Positions 19,821 to 27,991 of a stretch of DNA of 64,000 nt are shown in pieces. Source of the DNA: Desulfohalobiaceae bacterium (GTDB lineage Bacteria; Desulfobacterota; Desulfovibrionia; Desulfovibrionales; Desulfothermaceae); the NCBI GenBank assembly GCA_027013815.1, contig JALWFY010000111.1, positions 46,642 through 110,641 on the forward strand, written 5' to 3'. Position numbers and translations under genes: made by a program. The notes beneath the pieces were generated by a model that saw only the letters and a list, made by a program, of their open reading frames with translations, searched no databases and had not been told where the DNA came from. Position 1 is the first letter of the stretch. Every line of letters starts with the position of its first letter.

Positions 19821-21044
19821 ATGCTAAATAACATGGATAAATACACTAGAAAAATTATATCTACTATAAATTATCTAGCACAAACACAAGATGTGGATAT
19901 AATGATGGAAAGGATTCTAACAGAGGCAAGAAAGATAACCAATGCAGATGCAGGGTCTATCTATAAAAAAGAATCCAATATGTTACAATTAAAATACGCA
20001 CAAAATGAAACCAAACAAAAAGAACTCCCTCCAAACAAAAAACTTATATATGAGACCTTCACCTTTCCAATTGACGAGAGTTCCATTGCAGGATATGTTG
20101 CAGAAACCAAGAAAATTTTAAACATAGATGATGTTTATTGCATCCCTTTGGATCTACCGTATAAGTTTGAAAAAAGGGTAGATGAGACATCAAATTATAG
20201 GACCAGATCAATGTTAACTCTGCCACTCTTAAATCCCAGTGAGGAAGTATTAGGAGTACTTCAATTAATCAATGCCAAGGACCATTCAGGCAAGGTCATC
20301 CCCTTTAAAGAAGAATTTGTTCCAATGGTGTCTTTTTTTGCTGAATGTGCTTCTATAGCCCTTGAAAGGGCCAATCTAGTCAGAAAAATAGTCCTCAGGA
20401 TGATCAAGATGGCTGAACTCAGGGATCCCAAAGAAACAGGTAAACACGTGAATAGGGTAGGAGAATATTCTTCTATATTATATGAGGCATGGGCACAAAA
20501 AAAACAAAAGTCATTCAAAGAAATCGAAAAGTATAAAGATATTATAAGGGTTGCGGCAATGCTCCACGATGTTGGCAAAGTTGCAGTCTCAGACACCATA
20601 TTAAAAAAACAAGACAAATTAACAGATGAAGAATATGAACAAATAAAGGCCCACACATATCTGGGGGCATGTTTGTTTGAAGACCCTGCATCTGAGGTAG
20701 AAAAAATAGCGCAAATAATATCCCTAGAACACCATGAGAGATGGGATGGAAAGGGATATCCAGGGGATATAGGTGATGCAGATAAACTAGTTGAATGTCC
20801 TAATAGGATTAGTCCCAAGAGGGGGAAAAAGGGAGAGGAGATTTCCATCTGGGGTAGGATTGTATCCCTTGCTGATGTTTATGACGCACTCACCTCAAAG
20901 AGGTGTTATAAAGATCCATGGCCAGAGGAAAAGGTAATAGAAGAGATAAAAACACAAAAAGGCAAACAGTTTGATCCTGAACTAGTGGATATATTTTTGG
21001 AAAACATAGAACTCATTGAGATGTCAAAAAAAAGATATTTATAA
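19821..21044 (+). CDS. GAF-domain HD-GYP c-di-GMP phosphodiesterase
   Basis: 407 aa. N-terminal GAF-like region. C-terminal HD-GYP signature AAMLHDVGKV ... LEHHERWDGKGYPG ... ADVYDALTSKRCYK. Confidence 0.85.
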   Translation: MLNNMDKYTRKIISTINYLAQTQDVDIMMERILTEARKITNADAGSIYKKESNMLQLKYAQNETKQKELPPNKKLIYETFTFPIDESSIAGYVAETKKILNIDDVYCIPLDLPYKFEKRVDETSNYRTRSMLTLPLLNPSEEVLGVLQLINAKDHSGKVIPFKEEFVPMVSFFAECASIALERANLVRKIVLRMIKMAELRDPKETGKHVNRVGEYSSILYEAWAQKKQKSFKEIEKYKDIIRVAAMLHDVGKVAVSDTILKKQDKLTDEEYEQIKAHTYLGACLFEDPASEVEKIAQIISLEHHERWDGKGYPGDIGDADKLVECPNRISPKRGKKGEEISIWGRIVSLADVYDALTSKRCYKDPWPEEKVIEEIKTQKGKQFDPELVDIFLENIELIEMSKKRYL

Positions 21045-21063
21045 TCCCCGGAGAAATAGATTA

Positions 21064-22041
21064 ATGAGCATTGAAATATATTCAGCCCAACAATTATTTG
21101 ATACCTTAAACAAGACAAGACGTCCCCATCACCAAGACTATCTTTCTATGTATTCTTCATGGTATGGATGTATTATAACAGATCCAACACTTATGCTGAT
21201 CCCCATAGATGATCATATGGTACACAGGGGAGATGGTATATTTGAGGCTTTTAAGTGCATCAATGGATATATCTATCAACTGGATTTTCACTTTAAAAGG
21301 ATGGAAAATTCCCTGAAACACATCTCCCTACAACTCCCTTTTTCTATTCAACAGATTAAAAAAATAATAATTGATACTATCAGGGCAGGGGGAGAAAAAG
21401 ATTGTATTATAAGGGTCTATATATCAAGGGGACCAGGGGATTTTTCACCAAAACCTGAAAAATCCATTGCTCCCCAGTTGTATGTAGTGGTAACTAGGAT
21501 CAAAGAGGTGGAGGAAAAGAAAAGAACAAAAGGATGCTCATTAAAGATTAGTAAGGTGCCCATAAAAGATCCATTTTTTGCTAAAATCAAGTCATGTAAC
21601 TACCTTCCCAATGTACTCATGAAGATGGAATGTCACAAATATGGAGTTGATTATGTAGTGGGCGTAGACGAAAATTGTAGGATATGTGAAGGAGCAACAG
21701 AGAACTTTGCTGTTATAACACAGAATAATGAGTTCCTGACACCTTATTTTGAAAATATATTAAAGGGGAGTACTGTATGTCGTGCCTTGGACATGGCACG
21801 AGACCTAGTTAAAGAAAAAAGGCTCCAAGGGGCAAGGATGGGAAATGTATATATAAAAGACCTATTTGATGCAAAAGAAATACTTGTATTTGGTACTACC
21901 ATTGATGTACTCCCCATAACCTCATTTGAGGGTAAATCTATTGGCAATGGTAGGCCAGGAGAGTTCTACCATATATTCTATGAAAAATTCTTGAAAGATA
22001 TAAAGGAAAATAAAGACTTACTTACCCCTGTTTGGAGTTGA
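21064..22041 (+). CDS. class IV (fold type IV) aminotransferase family protein (branched-chain/D-amino-acid aminotransferase or aminodeoxychorismate lyase-like)
   Basis: HRGDGIFE near the N-terminus, KSCNYLPNVL and EGATENF motifs are typical of PLP fold type IV. The start is taken at ATG 21064 (MSIEIYS...) rather than the overlapping 21016. Confidence 0.72.
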   Translation: MSIEIYSAQQLFDTLNKTRRPHHQDYLSMYSSWYGCIITDPTLMLIPIDDHMVHRGDGIFEAFKCINGYIYQLDFHFKRMENSLKHISLQLPFSIQQIKKIIIDTIRAGGEKDCIIRVYISRGPGDFSPKPEKSIAPQLYVVVTRIKEVEEKKRTKGCSLKISKVPIKDPFFAKIKSCNYLPNVLMKMECHKYGVDYVVGVDENCRICEGATENFAVITQNNEFLTPYFENILKGSTVCRALDMARDLVKEKRLQGARMGNVYIKDLFDAKEILVFGTTIDVLPITSFEGKSIGNGRPGEFYHIFYEKFLKDIKENKDLLTPVWS

Positions 22042-22570
22042 GTATATTGTGTACCTTTTTATGAAAATCTACTACCCTCTGCCTATACCCTTCACCAACC
22101 TCTCTTGCAAACCTCTCTTCCACGTCTTTTTCATCTTCTATCCCAGGTGAATCTAGGTTGTCTGCATAGGCTATTAAGATCTCTTCCACACTCTCAGGAA
22201 CATAGTCGTTTAAAGGGAGCGGTAAGGACTGTGATATTATATCTTTTTTAGTGATCCCAACCCCAATATGGGTTTCACACACCCTTGCATGTCTATTCAG
22301 CCCAATATCTCTTAATATCTTCCCCCCCTCTATTCCATGTCGTATAGAATCTTTAGACCCTGGGGGGAAAAAAAACCTTCCAATATCATGTAAAAGGGCA
22401 GCTGTTTTTAAAAATTCCATGTCCACGTCTTTTATCCCTGACCCCAGCTCAACTACCTTGTCCCTTACCCTAAGTGAATGAGCCAGGACCTTTTCATAGG
22501 CCTGTTTTGAAGGGGCATATTTTTTTAAGATCTCTAAGGCCTCTTGCTCTGTTATTTCATGTTCAGTCAT
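22022..22570 (-). CDS. HD-domain metal-dependent phosphohydrolase (TIGR00295-like)
   Basis: H...HD motif (AHSLRV...AALLHDIGR). The ORF track extends to 22609. The ATG at 22570 (MTEHEITEQEA...) avoids overlap with the upstream gene. The 3' end converges with, and overlaps, the aminotransferase by 20 nt. Confidence 0.65.
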   Translation of the reverse strand: MTEHEITEQEALEILKKYAPSKQAYEKVLAHSLRVRDKVVELGSGIKDVDMEFLKTAALLHDIGRFFFPPGSKDSIRHGIEGGKILRDIGLNRHARVCETHIGVGITKKDIISQSLPLPLNDYVPESVEEILIAYADNLDSPGIEDEKDVEERFAREVGEGYRQRVVDFHKKVHNILNSKQG

Positions 22571-22598
22571 AATAATAATTAATAATGCCAATTTCTGA

Positions 22599-23276
22599 TT
22601 ATCTAGCAATCATTGCCCTCAATGTATCAGCGCAGGTCTCACAATTTTTTACAGTATCATTTAAACAACCCACAAAATGTATTAATTGGTAGATGTCTTT
22701 AAAATCCATATCAGAATTATAAAACTCTGCAACTAACTCCCGTTGCATTTTCATTATCTTTTGCCTCTCCCTCCTGATCTTCCTATATTTTTCTTTACAA
22801 CCCAACCTGTCTATATGTTCCCCATGAACCAAACCAATAGTAGACTTTAAGGCTGGACCTACTAATTCAACTACATAGGTCACCTCTTCTACTAAATCCA
22901 CTAGCGGCTTTTGTTTTTCTTCTGGTAAGAGGACCCTTCTCATGCCTAACCAGTGAAGTGCTTCCTGAGCATAATCTAATATATTATCCTGGCCCCTAGT
23001 GTAATTCAAAAACAAGGTCTTGTCCACAGGCATAAATAAACGTCTAGGGAGGTGATTCCTTATATTTCTTTTTATCTTGTCTGCATGTTCTTCAATAGCA
23101 TCCACTTCAGTTGTGAGTTCTTTAAATTCCCTGCAAATACCTGAACCTGAGATATAACATTCAAGGGCCTCCCTGATCATAGCCACCCCCTCAACTATCT
23201 TTTCATAGTGTTCTATCAAACCATTCATTGGGGACCTTGGTGTAACTAGTCCAAAAAATGGCAATTTTTTCAACAT
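22599..23276 (-). CDS. DUF47 family protein (PhoU-like putative phosphate transport regulator, YkaA-type)
   Basis: 225 aa, all-helical. The family typically pairs with PiT transporters, and this gene is adjacent to pit. Confidence 0.72.
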   Translation of the reverse strand: MLKKLPFFGLVTPRSPMNGLIEHYEKIVEGVAMIREALECYISGSGICREFKELTTEVDAIEEHADKIKRNIRNHLPRRLFMPVDKTLFLNYTRGQDNILDYAQEALHWLGMRRVLLPEEKQKPLVDLVEEVTYVVELVGPALKSTIGLVHGEHIDRLGCKEKYRKIRRERQKIMKMQRELVAEFYNSDMDFKDIYQLIHFVGCLNDTVKNCETCADTLRAMIAR

Positions 23277-23372
23277 AGGCTTATATCTCCTTAACTTACT
23301 AAAATTTTTATAATAAACTAGAAATTGTTATTGTATTGAAAAATAAATATTTTTCAACTGAAAAAAATAGTA

Positions 23373-24611
23373 TTATGAAAGCAGACTCCACTTGAGTAAT
23401 TGAAAGAAAAAAATACTAGTAAAGGCTGCTATGGGTACAGTTAATACCCAATAAATTATGATCTTTATAAGTACCCCAAAATCCACTGCGCTAAACCCCC
23501 TAGCCAGCCCAACACCAACTACTCCACCAACAGCAGAATGAGTGGTTGAAACAGGAAGTCCCATATTTGACGCAGTGAGCACAGTAGTAGCTGTTCCAAA
23601 ATCCACTGCAAATCCCCGGGTATTAGTAAGTGTGGTAATCTTTTCTCCTACAGTGGCTATTACCCTTTTACCAAAAAACATGATCCCAGTGGCAATACCA
23701 AGTCCACCTAAGGCCAGAAAAAATACAGGGATTTGAACCTGAGATAGAAGAGAATGATATTTTGCAATAGAATAAACAGCAACCACAGGGCCTATTGCAT
23801 TGGCAACGTCATTGGCCCCTTGAGACATTGCCACATAACAGGATGTCCCTATTTGGATCTTTTGAAATACATCCTCAACTGCCTGGGCCCCTTGTTCTAC
23901 GTTTTTTACAAACCTAGACACCCATATCCTGCTAATCCAAAATATTAACGCACCAATAACAAACACTATTGAGATACTCACCCCAAAGGGAAGCCCTAGC
24001 TTCTTTCCAAAAGGGGTCTTGTAAAAAAAAGAAAATATCACCAAGGCACAAGTGAGTACAATCCAAATAGGTACCCAAAAAATAGTGTGTTTTAAAAATC
24101 TTTTCCTCATAAGTATCTGGCTCCTTATAAGGGTAAAGACCCCAAAGGAAATAGCTGCTGCAAAAAAAGGAGAGATTATCCAGGACAAGACTACCCCTCC
24201 AAGGACCTTCCAGTTCACCACATTAGGTCCCCCAGCAACTAGACCAAATCCTAAGATACTACCAATAATGGAATGGGTAGAAGATACTGGGAGGGCAGTA
24301 AGTGTGGCAATAAACACCCAAAGGGCTGCAGATATCAGAGAGGCAAACATACCAAGCATTATTATCCTTGGATCACTAATAAAACTTGGATTTATAATTC
24401 CCTTGCTAATGGTAGCCGTAACATGGGAGCCAAAACACACTGCACCTACAAAATTCAATATACCTGCAATAAAAATAGCCTGTTTTACAGTTATTGCCCT
24501 GGCACCTACTGCTGAGGCCATGGCATTGGCAACGTCATTAGCGCCTAGATTAAAGGCCATTAGGAATCCAGCCAGTACAGAAAGCCAAAGAAAGACTTCA
24601 AACATTCCCAT
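23373..24611 (-). CDS. pit: inorganic phosphate transporter, PiT family
   Basis: 412 aa polytopic protein. Duplicated PiT signature GANDVANA (N-terminal) and GANDVANAIGP (C-terminal half). RBS AAGGAG upstream. Confidence 0.92.
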   Translation of the reverse strand: MGMFEVFLWLSVLAGFLMAFNLGANDVANAMASAVGARAITVKQAIFIAGILNFVGAVCFGSHVTATISKGIINPSFISDPRIIMLGMFASLISAALWVFIATLTALPVSSTHSIIGSILGFGLVAGGPNVVNWKVLGGVVLSWIISPFFAAAISFGVFTLIRSQILMRKRFLKHTIFWVPIWIVLTCALVIFSFFYKTPFGKKLGLPFGVSISIVFVIGALIFWISRIWVSRFVKNVEQGAQAVEDVFQKIQIGTSCYVAMSQGANDVANAIGPVVAVYSIAKYHSLLSQVQIPVFFLALGGLGIATGIMFFGKRVIATVGEKITTLTNTRGFAVDFGTATTVLTASNMGLPVSTTHSAVGGVVGVGLARGFSAVDFGVLIKIIIYWVLTVPIAAFTSIFFFQLLKWSLLS

Positions 24612-24627
24612 ATTGTGCTCCTTGTTA

Positions 24628-24855
24628 CTAAATCAAGATCTCTTTATTTTTAGACCCCTTATATTCTTCCACCACCTGGCGAACATCTTTTATGCATCAA
24701 AGTCCCTTTGGATTTAGCTCCTTGCAATTACAATTCCCATGTTTTTTCTCCATTAAAATACGCTCTAAAATAAAGGATTTACCATTATTTTTTTTCACAT
24801 CCCCGATGATATCTTCTTTTGTGTATTCAAAACAATAACACACATATTTTCCCAT
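24628..24855 (-). CDS. candidate selenoprotein: small Cys-rich CopZ-N-terminal-domain / BFD-like metal- or Fe-S-binding protein with in-frame UGA at codon 53 (52 aa if UGA is a stop, 75 aa if recoded)
   Basis: Hand translation: MGKYVCYCFEYTKEDIIGDVKKNNGKSFILERILMEKKHGNCNCKELNPKGL-U-CIKDVRQVVEEYKGSKNKEILI*. SD AAGGGGGA lies 4 nt before the ATG. The frame stays open for 22 codons after TGA (24697-24699), down to a TAG 17 nt before the pit ATG. A SECIS-like hairpin follows the TGA. Not in the ORF track because it is under 60 aa. Confidence 0.6.
24667..24683 (-). promoter_or_regulatory. candidate bacterial SECIS hairpin downstream of UGA 24697-24699
   Basis: RNA UUCGCC-AGGU-GGU(G)GAA: 6 bp with one bulged G. 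The apical loop AGGU falls at +23 to +26 from the U of UGA. Immediately 3' lies the same UGGAAGAA octamer, at the same offset, as in selD. Confidence 0.4.
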
Positions 24856-24902
24856 AATTCCCCCTTAGTTAACAAATACCCTGTGTGTGTTCAAAAAATC
24901 TT

Positions 24903-25610
24903 CTATAACCCCAATTTCTTCATAAATTCTTCATCTACCTGTTTACCCTTATCCCCTTTGTTATTCATATTATTCCCCTGGGTTTCTAGTAATTCATCTA
25001 CATTTATGTCCTTTTCTTTTAAAATTTCTGGTTTTTTCTCCATTATAAAGTCCACTTTTTCAAAAGTGACCTCTAAATAAAACAATTTATTTTCCTGGGT
25101 CCTGAATTCAACCCTCATAAACAAAGGTTTGTCTATCTCTGTCTCCAAAGAAATCTTCATTGCCTGGTTCAAGGCAACCATTTTAGGCTGATTTTGATTA
25201 ACAGACAGGCCAAGGAATTTCCTCAAAGAGATCTGAAACTGCCCAACACATTGATTCATAAGTTCCCCAATGGTATCTGCAACCTCTGAAGATGTATGAT
25301 GATTAGCTAGTTCCTCCTCAGGCATCCCCATACATACATTATATTTTCTATATATCTCTAGTGCAGCATCAGATGTAAAGTTCATGGCAACCAAACCTGT
25401 AAATCCCCCATCAAAAAGGACAAAACATCCTATATCAGGTCTAAGACAGGTCTTATTAGTTTTAATAAAAGTAGACGAATATGATATCTTTGAATTGGTT
25501 ACTTTAGATAGGGTCTCCCCTATTGCATCACATAACACCTTTAACACATCTGATGATGTCTTAACTATAACTTTTTTCTTTTTTTGCATAAATATCCTCC
25601 TATATTTCAC
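24903..25610 (-). CDS. CheX/CheC-like fold protein (DUF3334-like), function unknown
   Basis: 235 aa. The segment DIGCFVLFDGGFTGLVAMNFTSDAALEIY...VADTIGELMNQCVGQF resembles CheX-type chemotaxis phosphatase folds. Lys/Glu-rich C-terminal tail. Alternative start at ATG 25589. Confidence 0.5.
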   Translation of the reverse strand: MKYRRIFMQKKKKVIVKTSSDVLKVLCDAIGETLSKVTNSKISYSSTFIKTNKTCLRPDIGCFVLFDGGFTGLVAMNFTSDAALEIYRKYNVCMGMPEEELANHHTSSEVADTIGELMNQCVGQFQISLRKFLGLSVNQNQPKMVALNQAMKISLETEIDKPLFMRVEFRTQENKLFYLEVTFEKVDFIMEKKPEILKEKDINVDELLETQGNNMNNKGDKGKQVDEEFMKKLGL

Positions 25611-26130
25611 CCTTATTTATTCTTATCTGTTCCCTTTGCTCTTGAAACACAAACCTTACTATCAACTCCCTGTCCTTTTGCCTAATATTGGTAAACTCAA
25701 TAATAAAATATTCTTCTTGTCCCCCTTCTCTCTCCACCCTAATTATCTCCCCCTTAACAGACACAACTACCAGGGGTATATGGGATAAATATAACAACAT
25801 CTCCACATGATCGCCCACACAATATTTATCCGGGATACTTATACATTTAAGTCCACCACCACTTAGCTCAACTACCATAGTAGAGGTCTCAAACTCTTTT
25901 TCAATAACATCTCTGCCAAGCATACTTAAGATGAGATCGATCTTTCCATCCAGATATTGAAAATATAAGTTCAACCCTTCTGGAAGCCCCAATTCCCTAT
26001 AATTAAAATCAAAATTAAGGGTCCTATCTGTATTTACTCTAAAAAAAGGAGGGCCTTGTCTATGAGCTGCCTTTTTTATCAATCCCTTGACACTGGTCCT
26101 TACCCTCAGATAAGTCCTTTTTTCATCCAT
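25600..26130 (-). CDS. PilZ domain protein (c-di-GMP receptor)
   Basis: 176 aa. RxxxR motif (RTYLR) near the N-terminus and a near-canonical (D/N)xSxxG motif (ELSGGG). Confidence 0.7.
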   Translation of the reverse strand: MDEKRTYLRVRTSVKGLIKKAAHRQGPPFFRVNTDRTLNFDFNYRELGLPEGLNLYFQYLDGKIDLILSMLGRDVIEKEFETSTMVVELSGGGLKCISIPDKYCVGDHVEMLLYLSHIPLVVVSVKGEIIRVEREGGQEEYFIIEFTNIRQKDRELIVRFVFQEQREQIRINKGEI

Positions 26131-26142
26131 AGTCTTTTCATT

Positions 26143-27018
26143 CTATAAGTTATTTTTTAAAAAACTCTTGGCAGTCTTGGCTTCTTTGCTAGATGGGAAA
26201 TCTTTTATCAAATCCTCTAATAAAATCTTTCCTGCCTTTTTTTTGCCTATCTTAAAAAAAGAGATCCCTTCTTTTAAAAGAGCAGGCCTATATTTATTAG
26301 ACGCGGGATATTTGTCTAATACCTTTTGGTAATTTAAGATGGCCTTTGCATATTGTTTTAATCTATAAAAACACTCCCCTCTCCAAAAAAATGCATTAGG
26401 GGTTAGTTTATGTCTGGGAAACTTTTTTATAAATACAGAAAAGAGATGGGAAGAGATATAATAATTCTTATTCCTAAAATTCAAAAGGGCCTGGGAATAT
26501 AGTTTTAAAGGAGAAATTTCAATTCCTTGTTTTGCCTTTGAAACCACCTTGGTTTTACTTTTCTTATTATGGACAAGGGAGTTGACCTTTGAATTATTTA
26601 CACCCTTGCTCCTTGATACCCCCAATAATAGCTTTAACTTATCAATATCATCTCTTAGTTCATTTATTGAATTATCAATGGAACTTATTTTCGTCTTTAA
26701 ATCCATTGTTGCATTTTTATTGTCATTTAATTCCTTTTTTAAAAGATCATACTCTCCTTCTAATCTGGCCAGATTCAGCCGAAGAACTTCAACCCTTGAG
26801 ACGATATCTGCCTGAGAACTCCTAACTGAAAAATTACTGGTCTGAATCTGCTTTTTAAGGTCTTTTTTTAAATTTTCAATTTCTATCTTATATTCTCTCC
26901 TAACCCTTTGTTGCTCAAATGATATAGATGCAATCTGTTGTGTTAACAAGTCTACATCAGATTTAGTGGCACATCCCAAAAAAAATAAGCAAATAAAAAA
27001 CAAACAATATCTCTTCAT
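26143..27018 (-). CDS. ybgF: Tol-Pal system protein YbgF/CpoB-like: coiled-coil plus TPR protein with a lipoprotein signal peptide
   Basis: Start at ATG 27018 (MKRYCLFFICLFFLGCATKS, lipobox FLGC) overlaps the upstream stop (ATGA). Central coiled-coil. C-terminal TPR repeats (YSQALLNFRNKNYYISSHLF..., AILNYQKVLDKYP...). Confidence 0.7.
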   Translation of the reverse strand: MKRYCLFFICLFFLGCATKSDVDLLTQQIASISFEQQRVRREYKIEIENLKKDLKKQIQTSNFSVRSSQADIVSRVEVLRLNLARLEGEYDLLKKELNDNKNATMDLKTKISSIDNSINELRDDIDKLKLLLGVSRSKGVNNSKVNSLVHNKKSKTKVVSKAKQGIEISPLKLYSQALLNFRNKNYYISSHLFSVFIKKFPRHKLTPNAFFWRGECFYRLKQYAKAILNYQKVLDKYPASNKYRPALLKEGISFFKIGKKKAGKILLEDLIKDFPSSKEAKTAKSFLKNNL

Positions 27019-27242
27019 AATTTTGGACCTTTTATTACCTTTTTCCTGCCCCAGATAATATATAATAAGCCACCAATTACTGGCAAAAAAGTAGCTATCA
27101 AGGCCCATGTCATCTTGTCCTGAGGCGATTGGAAATCATGTTTAAATATATGCCAAATAGACCAAAGATTTGGAATAATAGGTATAAGTAATATAATAGA
27201 CCATATAATAAGATTCAACAGGGCTTGCTCACTTATTATCAT
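27015..27242 (-). CDS. small membrane protein, PLD nuclease N-terminal (PLDc_N) domain family
   Basis: 75 aa with two TM helices. The ...IWHIFKHDF...WALIATFLPVIGGLLYIIWGRKK pattern is typical of PLDc_N proteins. ATGA overlaps at both ends. Confidence 0.6.
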   Translation of the reverse strand: MIISEQALLNLIIWSIILLIPIIPNLWSIWHIFKHDFQSPQDKMTWALIATFLPVIGGLLYIIWGRKKVIKGPKL

Positions 27243-27991
27243 TTTGTCCTCTCCCTAAGTATTATTAAACCAATACCTATAAAGGCAAGAACCATGGCAG
27301 TCCACTGAGTAAAAGAAAGAGGCCCTAACATGGGTCTATAATCCCCTCTAAAAAATTCTATTATGAATCGAAAGGCCCCATATAAGACCAAAAAAATTCC
27401 AAAAATAGTTCCAGTGGCTTTTACTCTTGGCTTTAAAATACATAAAACAAAAAAAGTAACAAGTCCAGCAAGGGAGTGGTATATCTCTGTTGGATGAAGG
27501 GGCACATTTAACGGTGCCAGGGAATTGGGATCCCTAAACGTGATTGCCCAAGGGAGGGTACAATACCTCCCATAACAACAACCTGCCATAAGACATCCAA
27601 TCCTCCCTACAAATTGCCCCAAGGCAATTGCTGGAGCAAATACATCAGCCCATTTCCAGATCTCTTGTTTTTTTGACCTCAAATAAATTATTGCAGTTAT
27701 AAAGCCTAGGATAGCGCCTCCGGCAAACACCAATCCCCCTTTCCATATCATAATGGATTCTAAGGGATGAGATTTAAAATATCTTAAATTCATCAACACA
27801 TATAGAAGTCTAGCTCCTAGAATACCTGCAATTATTAAATAAAATCCAAGATCAGAGACTATTTTTGGATCCAAATCCTGTTTTTTTGCTTCATAACCTG
27901 CCCATCCAAGGGCCAACAAAAAGGCTGAAGCAATAAAAAAACCATATGTATAAATAGTTATAGGACCAATCTTAATTAGAATTGGGTGCAT
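27239..27991 (-). CDS. lgt: prolipoprotein diacylglyceryl transferase
   Basis: 250 aa. IGPITIYTYG..., GARLLYV, GRIGC..GCCYG, HPTEIY motifs. Confidence 0.92.
   Translation of the reverse strand: MHPILIKIGPITIYTYGFFIASAFLLALGWAGYEAKKQDLDPKIVSDLGFYLIIAGILGARLLYVLMNLRYFKSHPLESIMIWKGGLVFAGGAILGFITAIIYLRSKKQEIWKWADVFAPAIALGQFVGRIGCLMAGCCYGRYCTLPWAITFRDPNSLAPLNVPLHPTEIYHSLAGLVTFFVLCILKPRVKATGTIFGIFLVLYGAFRFIIEFFRGDYRPMLGPLSFTQWTAMVLAFIGIGLIILRERTK

Noticed and set aside
20261-20848. 195-aa minus-strand ORF inside the HD-GYP gene
   Set aside because: It is antisense to a gene with clear HD-GYP motifs. The translation is Ser/Leu/Ile-rich without motifs.
24052-24717. 221-aa plus-strand ORF opposite pit and the small Sec-candidate gene
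   Set aside because: It is antisense to a confidently identified PiT transporter. It has no RBS and no recognisable motifs. Long antisense ORFs of this kind are common opposite membrane-protein genes.
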